Shown here: in pieces, positions 8,615-19,470 of the stretch
How positions within the stretch are numbered: the first letter of the stretch is position 1
Layout: each line of letters starts with the position of its first letter
Sequence record: OL780484.1
From: Escherichia phage vB_EcoM-E33
Direction: 5' to 3' (one strand)
Length of the DNA stretch: 64,000 bases
Position numbers and translations under genes: made by a program
The notes under the pieces: generated by a model
What the model saw: only the letters and a program-made list of their open reading frames with translations
What the model was told of the DNA's origin: nothing
Database searches by the model: none

Positions 8615-11600
8615 TTATTTTAACAATGATTTAATTAATGCTTTAAGTTCTTCAATCTCTGATTTCAATTCTGCTATTTCTGCAGTGTGCTCATTGATTG
8701 CAGCTGTATTTAAACCAATTACACCGTTATAGTTCAAACGAAGTAAAGCTTCACCATCAGGGTCACCTTCAACTAATTCTGGTAAAATAGCTTGAACTTC
8801 TTGAGCTATCAAACCGGCGTTAGGTTCCCATTTCTGATTGCCTTCTTCATCTAGGCCTCGCTTCTGCATATAAGTGTAACCATTAATTTTAGAAAGTGTT
8901 TGTGAAGCATTTTCAAATTTAACGAGGTCTTTTTTAACGCGAATATCAGAACGGACATAAACATCACGGACAAACGTTGAATAGGCATCACCCTGTTGGA
9001 CTAAATGACCATGAGAAACAATTGCTTTACCGACTTCTGTCCAAAAAGCACCGGATGAATCCCATAACCCCTCATGTGCCAGACGTTGAGATCCCCATGA
9101 CGCAATATGAACACTATCGGCAAACATGTTAATACGGCCGTCACCGCCCCAGACTAAACCAGTATCATTATCACCAATAACAAGACACGGCCCGGGCCAT
9201 GCAGGGTCTCCACCACCAGCTGATAATCTTGCTCCAGTTTTAACCATATTAGGAACATACAGAACTCCATTGTGATGGAATTCATAGATAGCTTGTGGGT
9301 CTTGACCATTTTCCTGGTTACCTACACGAATAATACCTTGCGCCCAAGTATTAGTAATGCGTCGCATACCAAAATCTACACCCGATATGTATCCTTCGTT
9401 AGTAATACCAGATTTTCCTTTGATAATCGGGTAATAACTATCATTACCAACATTACCAAAATCTACAAACACCGGAGCTTCTTGTCGCCATTGATTACCC
9501 CAATCGCCAGCTTGGTGTGCAGCCCATTGTGAACCCTTTATATAAAGACGGTCCCTATTAAAATAAAAAGTATCCGCCCCTTGAGGAGCTAAACCAACTT
9601 CTCCACTATTATGAATATTAACGCCTGAATTAGTTTGGAAACTATAAAACGATAAGTTGTTATCAGCGCCGCCATTACCAACATACCAGTTATTAACGCC
9701 TGCTTTTTGTCCTTTCACATAACCAGATTCGGTTGCAGCACTGTTAATAACAATAGCATCCGAGTTTGCATTGATAGTTAAGCGGCCGGTCATCGTGTCG
9801 CCTTCTTTAGCCACACGGGAGGCAATAGCATCATGAATGTTAGTTATATCACCAGCAGAGGTAAATACGTTCCAAATGTTGGAGAAGATATTACCATTTC
9901 GAGCAATAGTAGCTTCACCGCCGCCAACCTGTACGTTATCCGGGAAATTAACTGTACCATCAGCATTAAATCTTGATGTATGACCTTGGGTCCCGTCTTC
10001 TTTGTAATGATGCAAAACAAAAGTCCCGGAATTAATTTCAGTACCTAAAGACCAAACAGCTTTTCCTTGTAAGAATTTCTGCTTAACAATAGGATAATAT
10101 TTACTTACCGCGTCATCATCAATTTCTTGGAAAACAGGAGCTGCTTGTGCATATTGAATATCGTAACCGCCTGCACCTGCACCATGTCCACCGAATTTAA
10201 TATAACCGTTTGCTGCAAAAAAAGCATAACTCAAATCTAGGTCAGGAATAACAACCTTACCGGTATCCAATGCCAAACTAAATGGACGAAGTGGTCCGAT
10301 ATCACCATTTTTACCTTCACCGTAAGCAGTTGGAATAATATGAAGACTTCCTTCTGAACGTCTAAAAATGGCACCGTAATCATTGTTCCAAATACGAAGA
10401 CCATTTACAGCATTTGTCGCGATTTCACCGGCTGCGCTGATTGTACCGTCAAATGTAGCATTTTTTACTACAGTCAAGTTTTCATTAACAATCTGGGTGC
10501 CATTTAGAACCGATTCGACTTTACCAGCAGTTGTTCGTTGAATATATTGCATCCAGCTAGTAGCATCAGATATTTCCATTACGTTTTTACGGTCGCCATC
10601 AACATTAGTAAAGGTATTACCCCAAACGCTGATAGTCATATTATCAACTGAACTACTTCCTGTAGTATTTCCTCTGAACATTAGTGTAGAAGCATTGTTG
10701 TGGCCATCAATATTAACCGAACCACCAACAACATCAATATTACCAGGAGTAACTAACAAACCACCAGCGGTGTTAACGTTTGTAGTACCCTTACCACGGA
10801 AATAGTGGTGATAATTGCCACCTTGATAATAACCTAAAAGAGTTTGACCGTCGCCATACGCGTTATTATCATGATAAGTGACAACCGTCGCCAAAGCATA
10901 GTTTTCCGACGGAGGAGTGGTTAAATCGGTACCGTTTACAGAATAACCCATAACCATTTTTCTAAGACTGGTGGTTTCTGCAGGGCCGTACAGGAAAGTT
11001 CTCGTGCCGTTATTAACGCTGAAATAATATCCATCCTGATGCCATTTTAACCCGGTGTCATTATCGCCAAGAGCAATTGAAGCCGTTCCTAATTCAGAAT
11101 ATCCTTTAGAGTTACCTGGGGTGCCTACAGAAATAGAATGGCCTGCTTTCAATCCACCGGACCAGGTAAATGACCAAAGATAAGCTTCTAAGCCGTCGCC
11201 GGCATACCAGGTTATTCCGTCATTATCTTTAACTTCATGGAAAATGCTCGAACTAACGGCATTTCGCATAACACGAAGGTGGTTAATAGCTGTTTCACTT
11301 TCTGCCAATGGGGTATTATCGGCCATTGAATAGATATCATAATCACCTTTAACCTTTTTATTAGTAATAACTTTATTGGTATAAATTACCGGAGTTGATA
11401 CAGATTTCCATCCAAAAACTTCAGGGGAAGAAAACACACCATTGCCTGAAAACGCGTAGGTGCTTTCGCCACTTGTCGCATAATCTTGTACGCGAATATT
11501 AACTACCTGAGTGGTCGCTCCAGCATTATTTGGCGAAAAGATAATGCCACGTTCGCGGGATGCGCCGTCAAAAAATCTCAAATGGGACGTCGATGCACTC

Positions 11601-11941
11601 TTAGAAATAAGCTCGCCACCTTCGGTCATTATCTGGCCAGCGGCAATAATGTCACGAGTTACACGAGCAATACCGGTTAAATTAAAATCACCTGTTTGGG
11701 TAAAGGTACCATTTAGGGTGTAATCGCCAGTCTGGTTGTAGTTACCGGTATGAATAACATTGCCGTCAATATTACCACCTTTAGCAAAGCCAAGGTCGAT
11801 AATCGCTCCAGTATCGTCTTTAGTAAAAAGTAAACGGTCCTTTAAGTTAATAGCCAGTTCGCCTTCAGCCAACTGGGCCGGTGCTGGACGTACACCGGCT
11901 ACTTTACTTCTTTTAAATTGGATTTGCTTTAAAGTAGCCAT
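8615..11941 (-). CDS. 37: gp37 long tail fiber distal subunit with C-terminal intramolecular chaperone-like domain
   Basis: 1108 aa; N-terminus [18 protein letters not shown]; C-terminus [15 protein letters not shown] followed by a coiled-coil tail. Confidence 0.9.
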   Translation of the reverse strand: MATLKQIQFKRSKVAGVRPAPAQLAEGELAINLKDRLLFTKDDTGAIIDLGFAKGGNIDGNVIHTGNYNQTGDYTLNGTFTQTGDFNLTGIARVTRDIIAAGQIMTEGGELISKSASTSHLRFFDGASRERGIIFSPNNAGATTQVVNIRVQDYATSGESTYAFSGNGVFSSPEVFGWKSVSTPVIYTNKVITNKKVKGDYDIYSMADNTPLAESETAINHLRVMRNAVSSSIFHEVKDNDGITWYAGDGLEAYLWSFTWSGGLKAGHSISVGTPGNSKGYSELGTASIALGDNDTGLKWHQDGYYFSVNNGTRTFLYGPAETTSLRKMVMGYSVNGTDLTTPPSENYALATVVTYHDNNAYGDGQTLLGYYQGGNYHHYFRGKGTTNVNTAGGLLVTPGNIDVVGGSVNIDGHNNASTLMFRGNTTGSSSVDNMTISVWGNTFTNVDGDRKNVMEISDATSWMQYIQRTTAGKVESVLNGTQIVNENLTVVKNATFDGTISAAGEIATNAVNGLRIWNNDYGAIFRRSEGSLHIIPTAYGEGKNGDIGPLRPFSLALDTGKVVIPDLDLSYAFFAANGYIKFGGHGAGAGGYDIQYAQAAPVFQEIDDDAVSKYYPIVKQKFLQGKAVWSLGTEINSGTFVLHHYKEDGTQGHTSRFNADGTVNFPDNVQVGGGEATIARNGNIFSNIWNVFTSAGDITNIHDAIASRVAKEGDTMTGRLTINANSDAIVINSAATESGYVKGQKAGVNNWYVGNGGADNNLSFYSFQTNSGVNIHNSGEVGLAPQGADTFYFNRDRLYIKGSQWAAHQAGDWGNQWRQEAPVFVDFGNVGNDSYYPIIKGKSGITNEGYISGVDFGMRRITNTWAQGIIRVGNQENGQDPQAIYEFHHNGVLYVPNMVKTGARLSAGGGDPAWPGPCLVIGDNDTGLVWGGDGRINMFADSVHIASWGSQRLAHEGLWDSSGAFWTEVGKAIVSHGHLVQQGDAYSTFVRDVYVRSDIRVKKDLVKFENASQTLSKINGYTYMQKRGLDEEGNQKWEPNAGLIAQEVQAILPELVEGDPDGEALLRLNYNGVIGLNTAAINEHTAEIAELKSEIEELKALIKSLLK

Positions 11942-11949
11942 AATGCCTC

Positions 11950-12597
11950 TTAATAATAACCAAAATCTTGAATAGAATCTTTAATAACAATCTGGTCAAA
12001 ACGAGGAACGTGTCCTGCGTCAGAGGCCGGATTCAGCGAAATAAAGTTAGGAGCAGCAAGTACCCCGGTCATTGTTTGCATGTTAGTATTATTTATTTGG
12101 ACTTGTTTTGCGTTATCTACTAACGATAATCCTACTTGAGCTTTAGTAGGGGTGTTGCCTGGGCTGAATACACGACCTGATTCGTCATAAACTTGACGGG
12201 ATAATGAATCACCCATTACTGTGAGGCGTTTAGCACCCACTACTGTACTTGGGTCAAATATAACGAACGGTGTACCGTCTTCCGTTTCATATCCAAAAGC
12301 ACCTTTAATACGGAAAGAAGCCGTGAACGGGGCCCCGCCAGTTCTTGCTCCTAATTTAATACCATATCCATTGGTATCATTAAAGGTCAGGCCTTTTTCA
12401 AAATACACGTTATTCTTATAATTACCACCATTTGCTTTTGAAACAAAGTCGTTATCAGCGGCTTGTGGTTTATTATATTCGGTGTAAACTTTATACGTTT
12501 TGTAAAGAAGGTCATTTGATACAGGCGTTAAGGGGAAATTACCTTGGTGCCATAATACTGAACCTCCTGCTGTAGAACCTAATTTTAAATCTGCCAT
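11950..12597 (-). CDS. 36: gp36 long tail fiber hinge (knee) protein
   Basis: 215 aa; synteny 34-35-36-37-38. Confidence 0.8.
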   Translation of the reverse strand: MADLKLGSTAGGSVLWHQGNFPLTPVSNDLLYKTYKVYTEYNKPQAADNDFVSKANGGNYKNNVYFEKGLTFNDTNGYGIKLGARTGGAPFTASFRIKGAFGYETEDGTPFVIFDPSTVVGAKRLTVMGDSLSRQVYDESGRVFSPGNTPTKAQVGLSLVDNAKQVQINNTNMQTMTGVLAAPNFISLNPASDAGHVPRFDQIVIKDSIQDFGYY

Positions 12598-12630
12598 TTG
12601 AGTTTCCTTTGGGAGTTATAGCCTTTTATA

Positions 12631-12638
12631 TATTTATG
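12631..12638 (-). promoter_or_regulatory. possible late promoter for gene 36 (CATAAATA, one mismatch to TATAAATA)
   Basis: near-consensus motif about 35 nt upstream of the gene 36 start. Confidence 0.3.
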
Positions 12639-12640
12639 GC

Positions 12641-12672
12641 CGTAGAAAACGAAAAAGGAACCCGAAGGTTCC
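12641..12672 (-). terminator. intrinsic terminator after gene 35 (ggaacc-CGAA-ggttcc stem plus U-run on the minus strand)
   Basis: hairpin immediately 3-prime of the gp35 stop, followed by TTTTTCGTTTTC on the minus strand. Confidence 0.5.
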
Positions 12673-13794
12673 TTAATATTTTTCTCTAAATTCAGCGACC
12701 CAAACCTGACCAGGTTTAGTGCCTGTTTTATCATATAGCTGGGCTATGGTAGTACCCATATTTTTAGTTTCTGTACCAAAGTTCATACGAATACCGTTAA
12801 CACCAAATTCAGCGGGTTTTGGCTGAGGTTCTGATTCAGATATCTCACCGAACATAACATTTCGAACTCCACCTTGTCCGGCCGAAGCTGTTTTTCTGGC
12901 ATAAAGGGTAAAGTCTGTAGTACCTTCAGGAACCATTACTACCCGTTCAAATGTCATCCATGCACCAGCAGGAACGTTGGAAGGAACGTCCATATTAACT
13001 GTCCCGGTTAAAGCACCTGAGGCATTAAAAAATCTAACAGACATCTGAGAGGTCCCGACGTCTTTTAAAGCTTGGTCGCGCATTAATTGAAACTTAAGGT
13101 AAAAGAATTCACCTGGTTTCATATTATAATCTGTTAATGGGGTTGTAGGAGATTCGGTAGGAAATCGCTTAATTTCATCTCCATCATTGCTTAGATAAGT
13201 GCTTTCGTCTTCAACAATTCTGACAGGATATCCTGTACCACCAACGTCGCTGATATCATCAAATACCACTTCTAATGGGGTAGAAACATCTTCGACCAAT
13301 ACCCCATCATTATAAAGCACATGTTCCATTACTATAGCATTCCTTCCTGAAACATAAAATGCCGAATAAGACGGCTCGAAGCGGTCTATTAGCCATTTAG
13401 ATGGAAATGCGGTACTTCCTGCTGCACGGAACCAATCGATAAGTTTTTGTGAAGCATTTAATCTACCAGAAGATACTAAACAAACTATTCTATTAGCCGG
13501 TATAGAATTTATATACGTTATAAAAGCTTCAGAAATAACATCAAAATCTTTTGTAAAACTATAAGTTTTGTTAGCCACTATTTTGGGTTCAGCACTAACA
13601 TCGATTTCTATAAGGTTTAATCCATTTTGAAAATTCTGGGAACCGAAGTTCCCATCTTGAAATTTAACATATGCTTTTGTGGTAGACTTAGTACAACTAC
13701 CAGCTATACTAAGTTTATACCTCACAGCATTGTTTTCAGATAATGTAGGAACCTGGACATATCCTTGTCCAAATTCTGCCATAAATCTTTCCAT
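12673..13794 (-). CDS. 35: gp35 long tail fiber hinge protein
   Basis: 373 aa; synteny and size. Confidence 0.8.
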   Translation of the reverse strand: MERFMAEFGQGYVQVPTLSENNAVRYKLSIAGSCTKSTTKAYVKFQDGNFGSQNFQNGLNLIEIDVSAEPKIVANKTYSFTKDFDVISEAFITYINSIPANRIVCLVSSGRLNASQKLIDWFRAAGSTAFPSKWLIDRFEPSYSAFYVSGRNAIVMEHVLYNDGVLVEDVSTPLEVVFDDISDVGGTGYPVRIVEDESTYLSNDGDEIKRFPTESPTTPLTDYNMKPGEFFYLKFQLMRDQALKDVGTSQMSVRFFNASGALTGTVNMDVPSNVPAGAWMTFERVVMVPEGTTDFTLYARKTASAGQGGVRNVMFGEISESEPQPKPAEFGVNGIRMNFGTETKNMGTTIAQLYDKTGTKPGQVWVAEFREKY

Positions 13795-13802
13795 AATACC
13801 TC

Positions 13803-16800
13803 TTATTCAATCCACTCAAACTTAACGGATTTAGTGACCGGGTCAGGAATAATACGAACGTTACCAATACGTAACCAATCAAGGATTGTAATGTTACCCA
13901 TTGTAGCGTTATCAGCAGGCAATGCACCAACCTCTTCAGCAGAAGGAGGGTTATCTGCCGTATAGACCATAGAGAACGTAGTCCATGCGTTTTTATTTTT
14001 CTGCCAGGTACGTGTATAACGAATAGTACCACCATTCAGTCCTGTAGGATAGCACACCCAATCCTGATAACATGAATCCAATGTATTACCAAACTGAGTT
14101 AACGTACCAGGATATTTAACTTCCTTATCACGAACAGAATAATCAAACCAAGTACCACGTAATTTCTGACCTGATGTACCGAGAACCTCGTCACCAAAAC
14201 TACCGTCTTCGTTACGATAACGAATAGCCGGAGAACTAAATGCACCTGTTTCTGTTAACCAACCAGAAGCATTCCATATCTCGTCAGAAACACCGGCAGG
14301 TTTAGTTTGGACCGTATCAATATTAACCTGACGTTTAGTTTTCATCGTCCAATAACCAGGGAACAGGTTAAATGTAGCCGAATCATCGATATCGACAGAC
14401 CAGAAGCCAACGGTTTCTGCAGTAGGGGCCTGGGATGCTAATGTAGGTTTAACACCAACAGAACGGACGTATTTTTGAGCAACCAAACCATTATTTGCCG
14501 ATACCTGCCCGGTGGAAACGATAGTACCTGAAGTAGTTACGTTTTGCAACGAAGACAGAGCAGAAGCATTTAGTGTGGTTGTAGAAACACCGTTAGAAGT
14601 GGTTATACCTGTGATATTAGCATTCTTAGAAATACTAATGGAACCACTATTAACAGCAAAGTCACCAGTCGTATTAAAGGTCCAGTAGAAAGATTCTAAA
14701 GAACCCGGCGATGGAAGATAATGTATTTTAAAATCACGAGTTCCGTCGTTTACAGTGCCTAAAGAGAATGTACCTTGCCCTAAACGTTGTTTAACAATAG
14801 GATGGAACTTGGCATCCGGGGTCGAATTTATCTCGGCAAAAATCGGAGCTAAAGTATCACCTTGAGAGTTCCAAGTACCTGCACCAGATTGGGGTCCTAC
14901 AAATTTAATAGATTTACCTGAGCTAACAGATACATCATTTTTAAAAGTAGAATTTCCAGTTACTTCTAGAGAACCTAAAATAGTGTTGCCGGTAATATTA
15001 GCCGTACTAGAAGACACCAGAGGAGCGGCCAGGTTCAATTGTTTTGTCAACGTTAAAGAACCATTAACCGTTTGGTCAACGTCTCTACGAATGAACTGGA
15101 GTGAATCTAGGCCATCCAATTTCTCGGAGTTCACAGCCGTAGCATTTATAGGTAAAAAGTTCTGTAAAGTTTTATTCATCTCGTAAGATGAAACAGCATA
15201 ACCTGTTTTAGGGTAGTTAGCTGCGTTCAGAACAGTATCGTCATTCTCATAAAGGCCTGTACCTGAGTTAAATTTAACACCAGAACCAGTAACTTTATTT
15301 CCTGAATAGGTTAAAGCACCTTCGGTTAGTTTAACAAATCCACGACGAAGTGCAGTAGCTTCCCAAGTGGTTTCAGTTTGTACTACATATTTTAAACCAG
15401 AAGGGCTTACAGCCAGAACTTTAGAAGTTCCTGCGGTTGTTTCGGTATTCGTTGCAACACGAATAATACCTTCAGAACTTTCAGTAGATTTTTTATAATG
15501 CAATTTCAAAGGAGTGATGATAGTTTTATCATCGGTACCAACGTTGACTTCGGTCTGGGTCGCCAGGCGAGCAGTACCACGTTGTGTCTCATTTGCTTCT
15601 CTAATATCTAGTGTATAATGGTTCCATAAGGTTCCTGATTCAATCAAACCACTGGCTGCTGAGACAGAAGTTCTAGCAGTATCATTAAATCTTGTTTTAA
15701 CTTTCAACGGAGTTGAAATAACATTATCTAACGTACCAGCATCAAATTCTACCTGTGTTGCAATTCTAGCAATACCAGTCAATCCTTCCGTAGCTTTCCT
15801 ATCATTTAACGTCTTAGGCGTTACCGCACGAGTATAATCTGTTCCAGTATCAGTTTCCTGTTGCGTAGCAATTTCAATTAACCCTGTACGAGTATCAAGG
15901 GCCACACGAGCATGTAATGTTTCCGGAGAAACAGCACTGTTGGCAAATCCACTTGCAGTTTGACCTGCGTTAACTTCAGATTGGTTAGAAAGATATACTG
16001 TACCCTGTTGAACTTGGGTAGCTTTATACTGGTCGAGAGCTTTAGGAGAAATAACCAAATTGCCTACGTTCTTATTATAAACGTTAGTACCTACAGTGTC
16101 TCTAGCAGTCGCAGGAGTGGTTCCTACAGTAGAGGTATATGTTACAATACCTGAAAGACTTTCCGAACCCTGGCGTGCTTGTAGCTTCTTAGGAGTGATG
16201 ATTGTAGTATCATCTGTACCCGTGTTAGTTTCAACTTGCGTAGCAATTTCAGCAACACCACGGCGAGTTTCGGTTGCAGTACGTTCGTTTAATTTCTTAG
16301 GAGAAATAATCAAATCGTCCTGGAATGCGAAGGTTGTGTCCTGGTTCACCTGAGCAGTAGTAGCAATACGAGCAATACCACGACGAGATTCAGTCGCTAC
16401 ACGATTAGCTAAAGTCTGTGGAGTAATTGCAAGTTCTTTCTCAGGGTTATTTTCATGGTCAACGTTTGCCTGAGTCTGCGACGCAAGGGCAATAACACCT
16501 AAACGAGCACGAGTTAAATCATCTTTAGAATCTACACGTTCTATAGTAGGAACGTTCTGAGCAACAACCCAATATTTGCCACCTGTAGTGGTGTCTTCGA
16601 TATAACTCAGTTCAATAACCGGAGTATAACTTATATTGCCATTAAAGGTCAGTACGTCATTCAATACCCATTCGGTTTCTGGTGGATATTCTGAACGTTT
16701 AGGGAATTGAAGCAACTGGACGGATGAAGCAATCTTATCTCCTACGGCAGCCTTAATATTTACTGTCTGAGCTTTACGGAGATAGTTCAGAGCAATCTTA

Positions 16801-17852
16801 ACGACATCACCCTGGGCCACACCGGTAGGTAATGTGATATTAATTGTCTGGGGTGTCGTGTTATTAGGACCAAAAACAATAACACTTTCGTTAGCCAAGA
16901 GTTCAACATCGTCACGAATTACACGTAAACGAGTTTGTCGGTCGCCGTCCCAAACATACCATAATTTTTCGGTAGAGTTATAAACAAAGAATCCATCACC
17001 TGAAGTACGGAATTCCATGCTATGCTGGCCAGGCTTACCTAATGAAGATGACGCATCAAATGTTTCAACGATTAAGTGGAATTTACTTCCTAAACCATCG
17101 ATATCAACGGTTTTAATAATATCACCTTGGTTCGCATACTTAGGAAGAGTAAACTTAATTACTGCACCTGAAGTATAACGACGTAAAACGTTATCACCCG
17201 CTTGTGATTGGAACTGGGCGGTGTTCGGTTCTACACGAATACCACGTTCTTCATTAGCTGCTTCCCAGAAATGCCATAAACGGTTGGCAAAGATAATCAT
17301 ATTATAGGAAAAAGGCTTCGTAATTAAGGTCTCAGTGAACTGGTTACCGAAACGGACAATTTTCTGATTACCACCACCTGGAGCAGAACTAGACTGGAGC
17401 TTAATTTCATTATAACCTACACGGCCACCAATATCCTTGATTACGATGGTATCACCATCAGTAGGGTTAGGAGGCAGGGTAAACGTAGTAAAGCTAGCAG
17501 CAGAATCCACAGCAATATATTCACCGGAAGCCAGCTGGCGTGTAGGAGATGCTACGGTAATCCATTTAGGGTCAGTACGGGTAGCAGTCCAATAACCTGG
17601 TACAAAGGCTCCTGCCGGAGCATCGATATCACGTTGAGCAACCCAGATACGTTGGTCATGGATTACGGCAAACCCTTTCTTATATCCGCGCGTCTCGTCG
17701 TACGCCTGGATGGTGTTCTCATCTATAAAGAATTCAACGTTGACGCCGTCGTCTAATACATTGTAATCGGCTTTGGCAACATTGATAACTTTCTCGCCTG
17801 CAGCATCGAGTCCGGATGTAGCACGGAAGGCAGGTTTTAAAATATCGGCCAT
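13803..17852 (-). CDS. 34: gp34 long tail fiber proximal subunit
   Basis: 1349 aa; extensive collinear similarity to remembered T4 gp34 (ARLGVIALA, TATETRRG-ARIAT repeats, C-terminal GNVRI-PDPV-K-VKFEW-E). Confidence 0.9.
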   Translation of the reverse strand: MADILKPAFRATSGLDAAGEKVINVAKADYNVLDDGVNVEFFIDENTIQAYDETRGYKKGFAVIHDQRIWVAQRDIDAPAGAFVPGYWTATRTDPKWITVASPTRQLASGEYIAVDSAASFTTFTLPPNPTDGDTIVIKDIGGRVGYNEIKLQSSSAPGGGNQKIVRFGNQFTETLITKPFSYNMIIFANRLWHFWEAANEERGIRVEPNTAQFQSQAGDNVLRRYTSGAVIKFTLPKYANQGDIIKTVDIDGLGSKFHLIVETFDASSSLGKPGQHSMEFRTSGDGFFVYNSTEKLWYVWDGDRQTRLRVIRDDVELLANESVIVFGPNNTTPQTINITLPTGVAQGDVVKIALNYLRKAQTVNIKAAVGDKIASSVQLLQFPKRSEYPPETEWVLNDVLTFNGNISYTPVIELSYIEDTTTGGKYWVVAQNVPTIERVDSKDDLTRARLGVIALASQTQANVDHENNPEKELAITPQTLANRVATESRRGIARIATTAQVNQDTTFAFQDDLIISPKKLNERTATETRRGVAEIATQVETNTGTDDTTIITPKKLQARQGSESLSGIVTYTSTVGTTPATARDTVGTNVYNKNVGNLVISPKALDQYKATQVQQGTVYLSNQSEVNAGQTASGFANSAVSPETLHARVALDTRTGLIEIATQQETDTGTDYTRAVTPKTLNDRKATEGLTGIARIATQVEFDAGTLDNVISTPLKVKTRFNDTARTSVSAASGLIESGTLWNHYTLDIREANETQRGTARLATQTEVNVGTDDKTIITPLKLHYKKSTESSEGIIRVATNTETTAGTSKVLAVSPSGLKYVVQTETTWEATALRRGFVKLTEGALTYSGNKVTGSGVKFNSGTGLYENDDTVLNAANYPKTGYAVSSYEMNKTLQNFLPINATAVNSEKLDGLDSLQFIRRDVDQTVNGSLTLTKQLNLAAPLVSSSTANITGNTILGSLEVTGNSTFKNDVSVSSGKSIKFVGPQSGAGTWNSQGDTLAPIFAEINSTPDAKFHPIVKQRLGQGTFSLGTVNDGTRDFKIHYLPSPGSLESFYWTFNTTGDFAVNSGSISISKNANITGITTSNGVSTTTLNASALSSLQNVTTSGTIVSTGQVSANNGLVAQKYVRSVGVKPTLASQAPTAETVGFWSVDIDDSATFNLFPGYWTMKTKRQVNIDTVQTKPAGVSDEIWNASGWLTETGAFSSPAIRYRNEDGSFGDEVLGTSGQKLRGTWFDYSVRDKEVKYPGTLTQFGNTLDSCYQDWVCYPTGLNGGTIRYTRTWQKNKNAWTTFSMVYTADNPPSAEEVGALPADNATMGNITILDWLRIGNVRIIPDPVTKSVKFEWIE

Positions 17853-17884
17853 TTTATTTCCTTTTCGTTTTCAGGGTATAGAAC

Positions 17885-17892
17885 TATTTATA
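17885..17892 (-). promoter_or_regulatory. T4 late promoter TATAAATA for gene 34
   Basis: plus-strand TATTTATA about 33 nt upstream of the gp34 ATG. Confidence 0.6.
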
Positions 17893-17899
17893 GCAAAGT

Positions 17900-17928
17900 G
17901 TTTACTTCTTCTAGGGTCGTGATATAAT
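17900..17928 (+). promoter_or_regulatory. T4-type early promoter upstream of rnh, divergent from the gene 34 late promoter
   Basis: GTTTACT, spacer, TATAAT; downstream hairpin gaacctct/agaggttc covers the rnh SD. Confidence 0.5.
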
Positions 17929-17959
17929 GAACCTCTACACTAATTGGACAGAGGTTCAT

Positions 17960-18907
17960 ATGAACGATTTAGATTTTTTACTTCCTGAAGAAGACCAACA
18001 AAAAGATGGATTTTTACTCCTAGATTTCAGCCAAATCATTATGGCTGCAGCTTTCCAAGAGTTTGGTGAGAATGCTGGATTTCCTAAAGTAACTACAGCA
18101 ATGCTTCGACACCTCGTGTTGAATTCAATTAAGAAAAATATTAAAGACTTTAAAAAACAGGGGTACAACCAACTGGTTATTTGTGTTGATAACTCTAAAT
18201 CAGGTTATTGGCGTCGTCGCTATTCACCTTATTATAAGAAAAACCGTGCTAAGGCACGTGACGAATCACCATTTGATTGGGAAGGTTTATTCACAGCAAT
18301 GCATATTATTGTTGATGAACTGGAACAAAACATGCCTTATATTGTTATGAATATCGATACAATCGAAGCTGATGACCATATTGCTGTTTTAACCCGAATC
18401 CTCACGGCTTTAGGCCATCCAGTTATGATTGGTTCTTCGGATGGCGACTTTACTCAACTCCATAAATTCCCTGGGGTAAAACAATGGTCTCCAATGCAGA
18501 AAAAATTCGTCAAAACAAAATCTGGCGATTCATTATTAGATTGTGTAACTAAGGTTGTTAAAGGCGACCGCAAGGATAACGTCGCGAGTATTAAAGTTCG
18601 TGGTGATTACTGGTTGACGATGGTTGAAGGCGAACGTACTCCTAGCACTCGTGCCAAGGAACTTGAAGCAATTGCTCTGAATTATTACGACCATGATATA
18701 ATTAAAACACTTCTTACTGAAGAACAATATGAACGTTTCTGTGAAAACCAAATCTTAATTGATATGGACTTTATTCCAGATGATATTGTTGCTTTAATTA
18801 CTGAAAGATATAATACGTATAACAAACCTTCGAAATCTAAAGTTTATCCTTATTTCGTTAAATCTGGTTTGTCTAAACTAACTGCTACAGTAGCTGATTT
18901 TTATTAA
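17960..18907 (+). CDS. rnh: RNase H (5-prime to 3-prime exonuclease, FEN family)
   Basis: 315 aa from the second ATG; similarity to remembered T4 RNase H (DFSQI, GYWRR, YKKNR-KAR-ES-DWEG, EADDHIAVL, SSDGDFTQLHK-P-VKQWSPM). Confidence 0.85.
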   Translation: MNDLDFLLPEEDQQKDGFLLLDFSQIIMAAAFQEFGENAGFPKVTTAMLRHLVLNSIKKNIKDFKKQGYNQLVICVDNSKSGYWRRRYSPYYKKNRAKARDESPFDWEGLFTAMHIIVDELEQNMPYIVMNIDTIEADDHIAVLTRILTALGHPVMIGSSDGDFTQLHKFPGVKQWSPMQKKFVKTKSGDSLLDCVTKVVKGDRKDNVASIKVRGDYWLTMVEGERTPSTRAKELEAIALNYYDHDIIKTLLTEEQYERFCENQILIDMDFIPDDIVALITERYNTYNKPSKSKVYPYFVKSGLSKLTATVADFY

Positions 18908-18917
18908 GGTGAATATA

Positions 18918-19187
18918 ATGGCTAAAGAAAAAGTGAAAGTTGAATTCAATCAAGAAGAACATGGTAACACATTGGCACAACTGATTAAGTCTGCTTCCGA
19001 TACTAAATTAAAAATGGAAGCTTACGGTGACGAAATTAAAGATATCAAAGACCGTGCTAAGACTGAACTTGGTGTAGACGGTAAAATGTTTAACCAACTG
19101 TTCTCTCTGTACCATAAAGGCACCCGTGAACGTTTCGAAGACGAAAAAACTGAAGTGGTAGAACTGTATGACACAATCTTTGAATGA
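18918..19187 (+). CDS. dsbA: DsbA double-stranded DNA-binding protein (late transcription)
   Basis: about 89 aa from the ATG; similarity to remembered T4 DsbA (ELGVDGKMFN, VVELYDT-F). Confidence 0.75.
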   Translation: MAKEKVKVEFNQEEHGNTLAQLIKSASDTKLKMEAYGDEIKDIKDRAKTELGVDGKMFNQLFSLYHKGTRERFEDEKTEVVELYDTIFE

Positions 19188-19470
19188 TTTTGATGGAGCG
19201 GTTAATACCGCTTCCGAACCTGTCCATGTGCTCGTAAACAAACAACAGAATGGCCTTGATATTGAGGCCTTTGTTGAAGCTGAAGGTTGTAGTTACCTCG
19301 AAGCGGCTACCGCATGGTTGGAAGAGAACAGCATCCCTGAAGGTAACTTTGCTCGTTATTTGCCTGCAGGAATTATTGATAAAATTATGAACGAAGCCAT
19401 TGATGATAACTTGCTTCGACCTTCAATGGCTCGAACGCAAAAAACTAATACTCTGGATTTCTTGTTATGA
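19168..19470 (+). CDS. 33: gp33 late transcription co-activator
   Basis: 100 aa; synteny dsbA-33-59; size. Confidence 0.6.
   Translation: MTQSLNDFDGAVNTASEPVHVLVNKQQNGLDIEAFVEAEGCSYLEAATAWLEENSIPEGNFARYLPAGIIDKIMNEAIDDNLLRPSMARTQKTNTLDFLL

Noticed and set aside
17927-17959. Upstream ATG for rnh at 17927
   Set aside because: That ATG overlaps the -10 of the early promoter and has no SD; the ATG at 17960 has a GAGG SD and matches the conserved N-terminus.
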